A stretch of DNA of 63,354 nucleotides, the filler included, from Octopus bimaculoides (taxonomy: Eukaryota), in the NCBI RefSeq assembly GCF_001194135.2. It is 7 parts of 6 records of this genome, joined end to end, with 100 filler letters (N's around TTAATTAATTAA, not from the genome) between each part and the next. Parts side by side here need not be neighbours in the genome. Positions count along the whole stretch, not along the records: positions 35,838 to 40,844 come from NC_068984.1; positions 40,945 to 45,791 come from NW_026420836.1; positions 45,892 to 57,006 come from NC_068982.1; 4 more parts are not named here. One strand, 5' to 3'. Shown here piece by piece: positions 38,085 to 50,768 of the stretch. The position numbers were made by a program, and so were the translations under genes. Every line of letters starts with the position of its first letter. The stretch's first letter is position 1. Under the pieces are notes generated by a model. It had not been told where the DNA came from. It did not search any database and was given only the letters and a program-made list of their open reading frames with translations.

Positions 38085-38302
38085 GGGAAATGTTGGCAGA
38101 ATCATTAGCACGCCGGCTGAAATGCTGAGCAGTATTTCATCTGTCTTTACATTCTGAGTTCAAATTCCACCAAGGTCAACTTTGCCTTTCGTTCTTTTGG
38201 GGTCAATAAATTAAATATCAGTTGCATACTGAAGCTGATCTAATCAACTGCACCCCACCGCTCCAAATATTTTAGGGCCTTGTGGCTAGAGTAGAAAAGA
38301 AT
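38085..38302 (+). mobile_element. SINE family B, tail type 1, CpG-decayed
   Basis: TTGGCAGAATCATTAGCACGCCGG...GGTCAACTTTGCCTTTC...CTAGAGTAGAAAAG. Confidence 0.88.
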
Positions 38303-38427
38303 GCTGCCTTTCACAAAGTAAATTAACATCCAATTGCTGCAACATGTATCGAGCAGTTGCTATATTTAATACAATTGAAACAGTTCAATGCATAGAATCA
38401 TATAACACACACACACACATGCACGCA

Positions 38428-38572
38428 GGTGCAGGCATGACTGTGTGGTAATAGATTTGCTTCCCAACTACATGGCTCCAGGTTCATTCCCACTGCATGG
38501 TACCTCAGGCTGACCAAAGTCATGTGAGTGGATTTGGTAGGCAAAAACTGAAAGAAGCCCATTGTGTATATA
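38428..38572 (+). mobile_element. SINE family A 5' half, internally deleted
   Basis: GGCATGACTGTGTGGTAA...GGTTCATTCCCACTGCATGG...GTGAGTGGATTTGGTAGG. Confidence 0.82.
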
Positions 38573-38588
38573 TGTATGTGTGTATGTG

Positions 38589-38640
<52 letters not shown>

Positions 38641-38643
<3 letters not shown>

Positions 38644-38823
38644 TCATCATTTAACATCCACTCTCCATGCATGCTGGCATGGGTGAGACGGTTTGACTGG
38701 AGCTGATAAGCTGAAGAGCTGCACCAAGTTCCAGTCTGATTTGGCAGGGTTTCTACAGTTGGATTCCCTTCCTAATGCCAACCACTCCAAGAGTGTAATG
38801 GGTGCTTTTAAGTGCCACCAGCA
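38641..38823 (-). mobile_element. RTE-type 3' tail
   Basis: (CAT)n TTTAACATCC...TTTCTACAGTTGGATTCCCTTCCTAATGCCAACCACT. Confidence 0.8.
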
Positions 38824-38870
38824 CATATGTGTATGTGTGTATATATATGTGTATATATGTGTGCATGCAT

Positions 38871-38904
<34 letters not shown>

Positions 38905-38959
38905 AAGAGTGTGTGTGTGTGTATGTGTTACAGTCATCTTGCCTTGACATTGTAGGATG

Positions 38960-39102
38960 TTTCTAGAACAAGTGTCACCTTCATGCAAGCAGTATTCTTT
39001 GTTTGCAATTTTCTGTGAAAATGTCCAAGAATATCTGCATCAACAAATTCTGTCTGACCCATGAAAGCACGGAGAAGTGGGCGTTAAAACACTGGTGGTG
39101 AT
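38960..39102 (+). mobile_element. Degraded RTE-type 3' tail
   Basis: Ends TGTCTGACCCATGAAAGCACGGAGAAGTGGGCGTTAAAAC. Confidence 0.55.
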
Positions 39103-39106
39103 ATAT

Positions 39107-39300
39107 GGACAGCTGGTTGGCAGAGTCGTTAGGGTTAGGGTTAGGGTTAGGGTTAGGGTTAGGGTTAACATCTCACCGACTGCTTTGTGATAATTGTTCT
39201 GGCTCTCTAGGTTCTGAGTTCAAATCCTGCCAAGGTCAACTTTGCTTTCTATGCTTTTAGTGTCAATACATAAAGTACCACTCTTATAATGGGGGTCAAT
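39107..39300 (+). mobile_element. Old SINE family B copy interrupted by a telomeric repeat
   Basis: TTGGCAGAGTCGTTAG-[repeat]-...GGTTCTGAGTTCAAATCCTGCCAAGGTCAACTTTGC. Confidence 0.8.
39129..39167 (+). repeat. Interstitial telomeric repeat (TTAGGG)6 TTA
   Basis: Six perfect units. Confidence 0.95.
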
Positions 39301-39539
39301 TCTCCTCTTTCTATCACCCTTGCTTTCTTTCTGCATCACTGACTTCCCCTCTTTTAAAAGATATCAGCTGTGGTTAGACCCTGGAGAGGGACAAACTCTG
39401 CTAGGTTTGAAGATATCCTCATGGAAGTGCCCCTTTGGACTCTATCAAAGAGTTGAGGGTTCAAATAAAGGCAGTTTATGTCTATGTATACGTATACATA
39501 TGATATATGTATGAGCATAATATATACATCTATATATAT

Positions 39540-39868
39540 GACCGAGACCTTTGGAAATGTGCTGTGCGTGAGAAGACCCGGCAAGCCAAGTGAGATCGTT
39601 GCCAGTGCCCCTGGACTGGCTCTTGTGCGGGTGGCACATAAAAGACACCATTTCGAGCGTGGCCGTTTTTGTGCGGGTGACACGTAAAAGCACCCACTAC
39701 ACTCTCTGAGTGGTTGGCGTTAGGAAGGGCATCCAGCTGTAGAAACTCTGCCAAATTAGATTGGAGCCTGGTGTAGCCATCCGGTTGCACCAGTCCTCAA
39801 TCAAATCGTCCAACCCATGCTAACATGGAAAGCGGACGTTAAACGATGATGATGATGATGATGATGAT
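39540..39868 (+). mobile_element. Young 5'-truncated RTE LINE 3' end
   Basis: Begins with ORF end DRDLWKCAVREKTRQAK* (39540-39593); 3' UTR with GGTTGGCGTTAGGAAGGGCATCCAGC and a (GAT)n tail. Confidence 0.88.
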
Positions 39869-40317
39869 ATATACACACACATGTATATATCATTTTCATG
39901 AAAGATGTACATCACAACAAAAGTACAAAAGTGTTAAAATATGAGAAAGGAAAAAACATTTGATTTGATAGTAACTTTTAGGAGCTCTTGCATACGTATG
40001 TCCATGCATGTGTGTTTGTGAATTCATACTACACAAACATAAACAAAGCTGAGCCAACATCCGTTAGAGATTATTGACTATAAAACTTGATACAACTTCA
40101 GAAGGCAGATTGTCAACAGCAGCTGAAGTCGTCTAAACACACCAGATAATTATTGACAGAATAAATGACAATGTTTGTCATCAATCACATGCAACTTTGC
40201 ATGTCCTCCAGCTAAGGCAGAAAGACTGACAGAAAGACAGATCAATATCCTTATCATTATCAACATTGTCATTATCATTATAATCATTATCAACATTGTT
40301 TTTTATGTCCACGTAAG

Positions 40318-40350
<33 letters not shown>

Positions 40351-40386
40351 ATAAATGATATATAAATATATGCATATATACAAACG

Positions 40387-40754
40387 TATATGTACATACC
40401 TACATATATATGTGTGTATATACATGCATATATGGGTACAGGATATAAAAAAAACAAGAACAAAATGAGAAACCTGAACATAAAAAACAAAAAAGAAACA
40501 AATAGAGAAACGAGACAGGCAATATAAAGAGCATTCCCTTTGGAGTAGATAAAACAGGGGACAACTGATGAAAGGAATGCTCTTTATGTTGCCTGTCTTG
40601 TTTCTCTATTTGTTTCTTTTGTTGTTCGGAAAAAAGTTTGTTTTCTATGTTTTTGTTTTTTATGTTCAGGTTTCTCATTTTGTTCTTGTTTTTTTCATAT
40701 CCTGTACCCATATATGCATGTATATATACATATATATGTAGGTATGTACATATA
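40387..40754. repeat. Large fold-back palindrome (about 155/185-bp arms, 29-bp spacer)
   Basis: 40387-40541 is the reverse complement of 40571-40754 apart from an ~30-bp extra segment in the right arm and scattered mismatches. Confidence 0.92.
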
Positions 40755-41374
40755 TATATATATTTATATATCATATTATTATATGATTGAACACCATGCA
40801 TCCATTTCCAAGTAAGTTTTATATATATATATATATATATATATNNNNNNNNNNNNNNNNNNNNNNNNNNNNNNNNNNNNNNNNNNNNTTAATTAATTAA
40901 NNNNNNNNNNNNNNNNNNNNNNNNNNNNNNNNNNNNNNNNNNNNTATATATATATATATATGTGTGTATATATATATATATATGAATGTATATAGGCATG
41001 TGCATGTTTGCGTGTGCATGTGTATATAATAGTACATACATGCATATATATCTCTGTATATGTAGGAATATATATATATGTATACACGCATGTGTGTAAA
41101 TGTACTCAGAAATAGTTATATAGATGTGTATATGTCTGAAAATATGTAGATATAGATATAAACTGATGGATAGATAATTAAGTCAATTGATGGATTGATA
41201 CATACATATGCACATGCATGAGTGTGTGTGTAAGTGTATACGCACACACACACAACACACGCATCTATCTATCTACCTATCTATCTGTCTATCTGCATGT
41301 ATGAATGTATACATGCACAAGTGAATGTGTTTGGTAGTGGATGTTTATAAAACTTATAAAACTTACAAAATGTT

Positions 41375-41530
41375 GACAGTGATTTCGAGGTTTCAGCTTC
41401 CTTGACTTCGTCAGGCAAGTTGACATATCGAAGTTACTCTCAAATTTTTCTCCTACATAAACGTGTTCTTCTAAAGCTATTAAGTAATCCTTCGGTCTTA
41501 TGTTTAACTTAACATAAAAGCAAGCATTAG
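41375..41530 (-). mobile_element. Possible Penelope-like 3' end with a decayed hammerhead-like motif
   Basis: Minus strand ...KDYLIALEEHVY..., then CTGACGA-A-G...C-GAAA-TCACT-GTC; stem I not supported. Confidence 0.3.
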
Positions 41531-41879
41531 GATATATATACATATAGGAGTGGTGGTGTATATATATATGTGTATATATACGTACATTTTTTTTAAAAAT
41601 TCATGTGTTGACAAAGCAACAAATGGCTTCATGTGAAGAGATCTTCACAATTGCTCAGTCGTGCCAGATGGAAGTTTTGGTATTCGTCACTATTTTGGAT
41701 AGACGAGTACCAACACTTACTTGAGGCACGCTTGAACAATTGTGTACATTTCCGACATGAAATTATAGGTTGCCTTATTAACCTATAAATAAAGTATATT
41801 TCAAAAATCCACACTACGATATATCGCCTACAACAAAACTAGCAATAGAAATTGCTGCCAAAAGTAACTTAGACTTCTC

Positions 41880-42130
41880 TTATTTCTCTTGGTCATGCTG
41901 CTTTCGTGGATTCCCATGACTCTCTGTCGCCACCCAGTCCTATTATTATGAACTTGAATTGGGAGCTTTAGTGATGGTGAATCTTCCATTAGCTGATTAC
42001 ACAACCATGGATGCCGCCCCTATGGATGCCTTGCAGTACTCTTTTGATAGAGTTTGGTGATCCTGACCGTTGATCTTCTAGGATTACTCCACTCAGCATT
42101 AATGTAAGAAGCACTGTTGGCTCAGCTGAA
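41880..42130 (-). pseudogene. Possible very old RTE/RTEX C-terminal relic
   Basis: Minus-strand GRHPWLCNQLMED...NNRTGWRQRVMGIHESS resembles 'GRP..Y.DQL..D...DR..WR.RV'. Confidence 0.35.
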
Positions 42131-43076
42131 CTCTTCTGCTACCTCTTCACAATCTACCATGCTGCAGTCCCATGATTTCGCCGTATCCCTGGCCGTGTGG
42201 CCGAACGAATGCTATACCTGACCAAAAGGCAGCTCGTAATTATGCAGGCTAAAGTCGTCACGTCGTGATGTATTTTCAAGATACTCGCACACCCATGGAC
42301 TTGATAGTTGAAATTTAAATCTGTTGATGATGATTTCATCCGTGACAAAATAATTCCTTTGCGCTATATTAGCTTCCACAAAACATAGCAATAAAAAGCG
42401 CCCCTGATAACTCCTTCGAATAGAATATATGACAACGAAAGTCTAGTAGCAATGATTAAATTAAGAATGTTACTATTCTAAAATAATTATAGAAGACTAA
42501 AAAAAAAAAAAAAATTAAACATAGTCTCATCTTTAGCCAAACATTATAGAGTACCAAAAGTTGTGAAAGTTACCTGTTAAGGAAAACGATAAAACTGGTT
42601 TATTAAACTTTAACTTTAAACCAAGATACGGAACTGATATATTTATTTTACGCACAAATCAAAATATTTGTTGGAAAATTTTGAATTACCTAACGGCTGA
42701 ATACCGAATAGACGCGTAACACAATCATCTACAAACTGGAGAAAAGTAAAAAAAAAAAAAAAAAAAATTCATAGGTTAATGTGAATAAAAAGTTCGTTAT
42801 TTCTGTCGTTATATAATCAGAAAGACAAGTGAGCGAATAAGTACATTAGAAAGTTTTGTATGTTAACATGCTTAGTCAACCGTTATTGTAATTTATTCGG
42901 TATATAGATAAAAAATTATCTCATTTACTACATTGATTGCTTGAAAATCGGCAAGACGTGAAACTAATAGTCGCAATCTATATAATTTGAGCTTAAAATG
43001 AAATTTATAAACTACTTTATACTCTTGTATTGAGTTCATGGTACCACTGGATTTTTACAGTGTTACATATCTCCTC

Positions 43077-43119
<43 letters not shown>

Positions 43120-43158
43120 TTTATCACATATATAAAATATATATGTGCGTGGGTGTGG

Positions 43159-43200
<42 letters not shown>

Positions 43201-43202
<2 letters not shown>

Positions 43203-43681
43203 TCTAGCCTTGAAGCCGCCCTTCGGACGGCATTTGGGCTAGCTCCTGCGGAGGGCACCTTTAAGGGCTCCAGCCCCACTATCGGGGCGCGTCGCGGCTC
43301 TCTATCCTTGTAAAATATAATGGACTGACACATTCATTGTATATTCATGTTCTTATATTAATCATCCGATACCCCATTCCAAACTCCCTACCTGACATAT
43401 AACTACACACCCATACCCATACATTCAATGCCTATACTTCACTTGCACCCATACCTAAACCCCATGTCCCATTAACCTGTTGCTTCTTCAACATGTAACG
43501 TGGATTCCATCTCTGTAACTGTGTGTCAGTGTATCAAGCCTTGGACCGCTTTCTGCCAGCTTTGCCGATAGACATACAGCTAGCTTCTAGTTTGACTCAC
43601 AGCTTCCTATTAGACTTACAGCTAAGTTTCTAGCTTTGAAGTCGCTCTCCAGGTGGCATTCAGGTTAGCTCCTGTGGTGGG
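43201..43681. repeat. 55-bp direct repeat pair (43201-43255 and 43627-43681) in an unclassified element
   Basis: 43 of 55 positions identical; 11 of the 12 differences are transitions. Confidence 0.75.
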
Positions 43682-44386
43682 TTTTTGAGAACTTAATAGG
43701 GGATTTAGGTAGAAAAAACTCTAGAACTCTGGGGCTGAAGACCCAAGCACCTATATGTAACCGGAACAGGGAGATAAGTTTTCCACGGAAACATAAGTTT
43801 CATAAACTACAAAATATAAATATCCACACTACCACACTTGAAACGTGCCTGTTATAACACTTTATCTCGATTTGAATGTACGTGAAGATATTTAGAATTC
43901 TCAAACTTATTTCTGCAAATGTGCTAAGCAATGGTGCTGATCATAGTTTAACCAATAAGCGTAGGAGCGAGGTAAATGTAATAAAAATAGGACCCCATTT
44001 AAGCGGCCCTTCAGAAACTGAATCTTCTAACGATACTCTCTAGGAGTTCATGGTATGAAATTCATTGTCCTTACTCTGATTTGGTCACCAATGCCATGTA
44101 TTTAGTTTAAAATGCAGTAAAAATAGGGAGTCAGTGGGGCCCCAATTAGGCGGCCATTAAAAAGAAAGAACCTTTAGGACATTCCCTGGGATTAGAGAAG
44201 TTGCTGGTTTGAGTTTCGTTGCCTTGCATCAAAGGTCTAGGAGAAGTTAACGAACATAAAAACGTAACGGATAGAGAAACACCACTCAAATAAATAATAG
44301 GATTTAAAATAGTTTAAGATGCCCCATGTCACTGAAGCTATCGTAGACTTCTCCCAGAAACCAAGCTCATCGACTCAGTTAATCGA

Positions 44387-44437
<51 letters not shown>

Positions 44438-45891
44438 TATGTCTATCTATCTATCTATTTATCTATCTATCCATCTATCTAAGGAAAATAGAATAGGAGA
44501 GAAGCTTATATTTATACAATATTTTAATCCAGAACGAAGTGTTTCAATGTACGCGATTACTTTTTATCAGGAAAATGAAGGAATCTTAGTAATATAGTTA
44601 TTTATATGCGTGTGCCATAAATATCGCCATCCATTTAGAGAAAAATTTGTAGTTTAGAATCAGTAGTTCTTTGACTGCTATTTCTAGATTTTCAGTATGT
44701 TGGAGAAGCAACCCATTGCTAATCCCTGTATATTTATGATGATAAATGATTTTACCGATAAAGGTTTTTTTCATACTGAACTACTTGGCAAAATTGTTAA
44801 TATTTTATTCTATTACTAATTGACGATTCCCTGCCCTTATTCTTGTATATANNNNNNNNNNNNNNNNNNNNNNNNNNNNNNNNNNNNNNNNNNNNNNNNN
44901 NNNNNNNNNNNNNNNNNNNNNNNNNNNNNNNNNNNNNNNNNNNNNNNNNNNNNNNNNNNNNNNNNNNNNNNNNNNNNNNNNNNNNNNNNNNNNNNNNNNN
45001 NNNNNNNNNNNNNNNNNNNNNNNNNNNNNNNNNNNNNNNNNNNNNNNNNNNNNNNNNNNNNNNNNNNNNNNNNNNNNNNNNNNNNNNNNNNNNNNNNNNN
45101 NNNNNNNNNNNNNNNNNNNNNNNNNNNNNATAGTTAAATGACATCCACAGGTAATCAACCAAACAGAGAACTAGACTACTATTCGACAAAAATAGTGACT
45201 AGAACGGTCAGCCAGACAAAACGCTAGATAACACATATACAGAACACACACACATACACACACGCACACACACACACACACACACAAGAGAAATGACGTT
45301 TTTGAGGAATTAGCCAATGAAGATTTGAACCTTTGTCTTACAACTTATATATAAAAAAGCAATACCGGAGAGTGAAACAAACGACGATAAACTTCCTCTT
45401 CACACATCAAAGCAGAAATTACAAAATATCTTTTCTAATTCTATAAAATCTTCATTATATCTAATTGCTATCATAAGTTATTGCTTCAAAACCTATTCAA
45501 TTTAAAAACATTTTATAATATGTTATTGCAATGAAATTTATCAAACATTTGAACTTCCATAATACTATTATTATTATTGCTATGAAATCTATAAAACATT
45601 TGATTTTTGAGCAAGTTTTATTAGTTCGGAATTTTTTTTACTGTTTATATTTTACCGTTGAAAAACCCGAAATTAACAAATTTAAAAAACCTAAAAGAGA
45701 TGTTATTCTGTTTAAGACTCAGGTGCATATTCAAACCATAAACCAATATCCTCCTATATCCATACTCATGAGAATGTAAACCTCTTGTATANNNNNNNNN
45801 NNNNNNNNNNNNNNNNNNNNNNNNNNNNNNNNNNNTTAATTAATTAANNNNNNNNNNNNNNNNNNNNNNNNNNNNNNNNNNNNNNNNNNNN

Positions 45892-45949
<58 letters not shown>

Positions 45950-46211
45950 GTGTTAAGTGTGCCTGTTCATGAGTTTATTAATGTAGGTATATACTATACG
46001 TATTTGTGTGTATGTATGTATGTATGTATGTGTGTGTGTGTACATATGGATGGACGTAAGCGCGTGTATATAAGAATGTATGGATGTATATGTTTGAAAG
46101 TATGAATGCATTTGTGCATGTAGATATGAATGTATGTAAGTATGAATGTGTGTGGGTATATACATTTAGATAGATAGATAGATAGATAGATAGGTAGATA
46201 GATAGATAGAT

Positions 46212-46285
<74 letters not shown>

Positions 46286-46692
46286 ACAGAAAGTCAGATA
46301 AACATAGATAGATAGACAGAAAAACAGACAGGCAGACAGATTAGATGGGTAGATAGGTAGGTAGGTAGGTAGGTATGCATATCTGTATGCATGTATGCGC
46401 ATTTATATGTATATGCGTATGTATTATAAATGGATGTATATATGTATTAAATTTCACCTCATGGATTTCGAGGAAGGGGTAAGCAAATGGGCGACAGAAT
46501 GAGGAATAACGGTTTAAGACAAAAAAAAAATTGATGTGCAAGTATGTCTGTGTGTACAAGTGTCTGTGTATGAACCTCTGCGTGTACTTAAAAAGTGTTT
46601 ATTATAAGATCAGCCGACAAGGTAGTTTAATCGCTTAGAAATAGCAGCCAACATGCCTCATATGAAACACTAACATTAGATAGTCCTAGATA

Positions 46693-46896
46693 AGGCGGCA
46701 AGCTGCCAGAAACGTTAGCACGCCGGGCGAAATGCTTAGCGGTATTTCGTCTGCCGTTACGTCCGAGTTCAAATTCCGCCGAGGTCGACTTTGCCTTTCA
46801 TCATTTCGAGGTCGATTAAATAAGTACCAGTTACGCACTGGGGTCGACATAATCGACTTAATCCGTTTGTCTGTCCTTGTTTGTTCCCTCTGTGTG
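46693..46896 (+). mobile_element. SINE family B, tail type 2, 3'-truncated
   Basis: Intact head and core; tail TTAATCCGTTTGTCTGTCCTTGTTTG...TAGCCCCTT. Confidence 0.92.
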
Positions 46897-47086
46897 TAGC
46901 CCCTTCACGCCGGGTGAAATGCTTAGCGGTATTTCTGTATTTACGTTCTAAGTTCAAATTCCGCCGAGGTCGATTTTGCCTTTCATCCTTTCGGAGTCGA
47001 AAAATTAAGCACCAGTATTGGGGTCGATCTAATCGACTGGCCCCCTCCCACAAAATTTCGGACCTTGTGCCTAGAGTAGAAAAGAT
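46897..47086 (+). mobile_element. SINE family B, tail type 1, 5'-truncated
   Basis: Starts CACGCCGGGTGAAATGC; ends CTAGAGTAGAAAAGAT. Confidence 0.9.
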
Positions 47087-47102
47087 TAGGTAGTCCTAGA
47101 TA

Positions 47103-47320
47103 AGGCGACGAGCTGGCAGAATCGTTAGCACGCCGAGGGAAGTGCTTCACGGTATTTCGTCTGTCCTTACGTTCTGAGTTCAAATTCTGTCGTGATCCAC
47201 GCTTTGCCTTTCATCCTTTCGAGGCTGATAAAATAAGTACCAGTTGAATATTGAAGTCTATGTAAACGATTTTCTCTTTCTCGAACTTGCTGGCTTTGTG
47301 CCAAAAATTGACATAAAAAA
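47103..47320 (+). mobile_element. SINE family B, tail type 3
   Basis: AGGCGACGAGCTGGCAGAATCGTTAG...TTGCTGGCTTTGTGCCAAAA. Confidence 0.9.
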
Positions 47321-47895
47321 TAGTCCTAGATACATTAATTCCGAAATAAGTCTGAAGAGTCATAACTAGAATGTCTTTTAGTTTTGTTTTTTTCCCCTCG
47401 GTTAGAGCTGACCTGGAGTTGAATAACTGGTGATAGATGGAGTACTATTTTATATGTGCGTATATGTTTGTGTGTACAGACATACACACATATGTATGTA
47501 TGCATGTGTGTGTGTGAGTCTGTGACACGCTTATAGACAAATTCAGAGATCATTCTTAGTCTGTTTACATGCGGGCAAAATCCGTCTACATACACACATA
47601 CACACACACACATACACACATATATATAATATACTCATACACTTACACAGACACATGTACACATTTTGTATGTGCATTTCTGGAACAGTATCTGTGTATG
47701 TATAGTATGCAACATAAATATACACGCTCAATATAAATATGCAGATAAGCGGATAACTCTGTGAGTGTGTATGTGTAGAAGTAACGTAAAAAGTTTTTAT
47801 GCATCCCTCAAAGGGACTCATACTCTATAATACCTACACCGTAGTCTCCATCCCAACATCGTTACTGTTGCCTATTCTGGTAATATGGCATCCTC

Positions 47896-47936
<41 letters not shown>

Positions 47937-48178
47937 AATATATGTGTGTATTATATATATATATATATAAATGTGTGTATATATATATATNNNNNNNNNN
48001 NNNNNNNNNNNNNNNNNNNNNNNNNNNNNNNNNNNNNNNNNNNNNNNNNNNNNNNNNNNNNNNNNNNNNNNTATATGTGTGTGTGTGTGTGTGTGTGTGT
48101 ATAAATATATTTGTATACAAAGATATATAAACGATGGATAGAAACGTACATATGTACATACACATATATACACGTATG

Positions 48179-48256
<78 letters not shown>

Positions 48257-48829
48257 GTGTGTATGTGTATATAAATGTGCATGTGTGAGTATACATACAT
48301 ACATACAGACAGACAAATGTGTATGTTTTATGAACCCTACTCCATTCATCCACCGCTTATATATTGTCGAAGCTACAGATTTTGCCGTTGTCGCCATCAC
48401 TATTAACATCAACATCAATATCTCCAACCCAAATCCGCTAGACACACACGCACACACAAACCTACATCTCCTTCTCCTTCATCAGAGCCTTTCCGTTCTT
48501 CTCCGCCTACAACTCTCGTCTCCTAGAGACGCAGTAGAAGTAGTAGCAGAAGCAATAGCATCTGTTGTAACATTCAGAGAAAGAGAGAGAGAGAGAGATG
48601 CACCTTATAGAGAGAGGGAGAGAGAAACGATAGAGATAGATAGAGAGAGAGAGAGAGAAAGTGAGACAGATGGACGGACTGTCTGAAAATATACGTGTGC
48701 AAATAGACACGCACCGACGCGCGCTCACATATACGTAGACACATACATACACACACATTATTTAGAGAGAGAGAGAGGTCTATATGCACACATATGAATA
48801 CGTATAACAATGATATACAGACGTGCATG

Positions 48830-48914
<85 letters not shown>

Positions 48915-49727
48915 GTATGTATATGGGTGCATGTATGAATGTGTGTGTGCACGTGTGTGTGAGTGTGCGTGTCGTGGGGTTAAGAATATGTGCGTGTGTT
49001 TGTGTGCCTCTGAAGATTCGACCACACGCCGTGGAAATCGCAAAGGTTACCGGATCGGCCGAAAATAAAATTACACTCTAATGCGGTATTGAGTACACTT
49101 TTTTCCCTTTCGTAATAACCTACGAATACGCACACGCGCGTGCATTCACACACAAACACTCACGCACATAAACACTCACGCACACAAACACTCACGCACA
49201 CAAACACTCACGCACATAAATACAAACATACACACGCGCATATATGTATACATATATGCGTATGTGTGTATGCATGCGTGTGTATACGTGCGTGTGTGTG
49301 TGTGTATGCGTGTGTGTTTGACTCTGTGAATAATGTTAGGAGTAAAATCTTATAGAATAACAAAAGACATTTCACCGCATGCACGCGTGCGTCTATATGT
49401 ATGGCACATTATATACTCTCGTTCGTATGAGGCGTGTGTGGACTCTGCATGCGTTATATGTACGCGCGCGTATGCGTGTGCGTGTTCATGTATGTGTGTA
49501 TGTGCTTATATGGAGATGCGCGTGTGTGTATGTTTGTGTGTGTGTGTGTGTATGTTTGTGTGCGTGCGCGTGGTAATAGAAGGGGCGTCAGAAAACACCG
49601 CTGGTGACGGTGGCCAGGTGCAAACACTATCAAAGTTCCTCCAACTGCTGCTGTTCGTCCTCCAACTACTGCTGCTGCTACCGCTGCCGGTGCTGTTACT
49701 ATTGGCTGCTACTGCTGCCGCTGCTGT

Positions 49728-49785
<58 letters not shown>

Positions 49786-49933
49786 GCCGCCGCTGCTGCT
49801 ATAGTCTCTCACTTTACCTCTAAACACTACTCCAGTTGGGATTTCCCTTTCCTGATCATCTGGTTTTTATTTGTAAATTCATCTTCCACTTACAACCGAA
49901 AGTAAGTTTTTTTTAACAATTTCTTCCATTTTC

Positions 49934-49972
<39 letters not shown>

Positions 49973-50369
49973 TTTTCATCTTTATTTTCTGTTTGCTTGT
50001 GTCGTCTGTTTAGATTCTTTTGTCTCTGTCTCTCATTATCTCTCTCTCTCTCTCTTTCAGTTTCTCTCTCTCCGTCCTTTTGTTTCTCATTCTTTCTATG
50101 TCTGTTTCTCTGTCTCTCTGTCTCTCTCGCTCTGTCTGTCTGTCTGTCTACTTTCTCTTCTACACTTCCTTTCATACAATCATTCTTTCTTTCTTTCTTC
50201 TATTTGTTTTACTCTTATTTTTACTGTCTGTAGTTGTTTTGTGTGGTGGTGGTGGTGGGGAGGATAAGACAGGCGTGGAAAGATAGCTTTGTAACTCACC
50301 TGGCTGCACCAGTTTATTAATATAATCTCAAGTAGCCAGATTAACTAGAAAATAAAAAAACAAAGCGTA

Positions 50370-50410
<41 letters not shown>

Positions 50411-50680
50411 TATGTATACTATTTTATATATTAGATATATATATAATTACAGAGCAAGATAGTGTGAGAGGGAGAAAGTGTGTGAGGGAAAGAGAGACAG
50501 TGTTAAAGTGAGAAAGACTGAAGAAAAGAGACGGTGTCAGAGTCAGAGAGAGTGGGGAGGGGGAGACAGTGCAAGATTGTGGAAAAGATTCAGTGATCAA
50601 ATGAAATACAGTGAAATAGCGAGAAAGTATGTCGGATTTGGTGAGAGTGAGAATCAAAATGAGAGAAAAACACGGAATAA

Positions 50681-50682
<2 letters not shown>

Positions 50683-50764
<82 letters not shown>

Positions 50765-50768
50765 GAGA
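50683..50768. repeat. (GA)n microsatellite
   Basis: Directly visible. Confidence 0.97.

Larger units (their letters stand above)
46625..47420 (+). mobile_element. Family C repeat split by a stack of family B SINEs
   Basis: TAGAAATAGCAGCCAA...TAGTCCTAGATA on the left; GTCATAACTAGAATG...AGAGCTGACCTGG on the right. Confidence 0.6.

Noticed and set aside
40542-40580. CTGATGA in the palindrome spacer as a hammerhead core
   Set aside because: There is no stem II followed by GAAA downstream and no stem I; only half a core is present.
41620-41800. Minus-strand SIWHD*AIVKISSHEAICCF as a Sola-type transposase relic
   Set aside because: It is a single short motif with a stop; similarity is too weak without a profile search.
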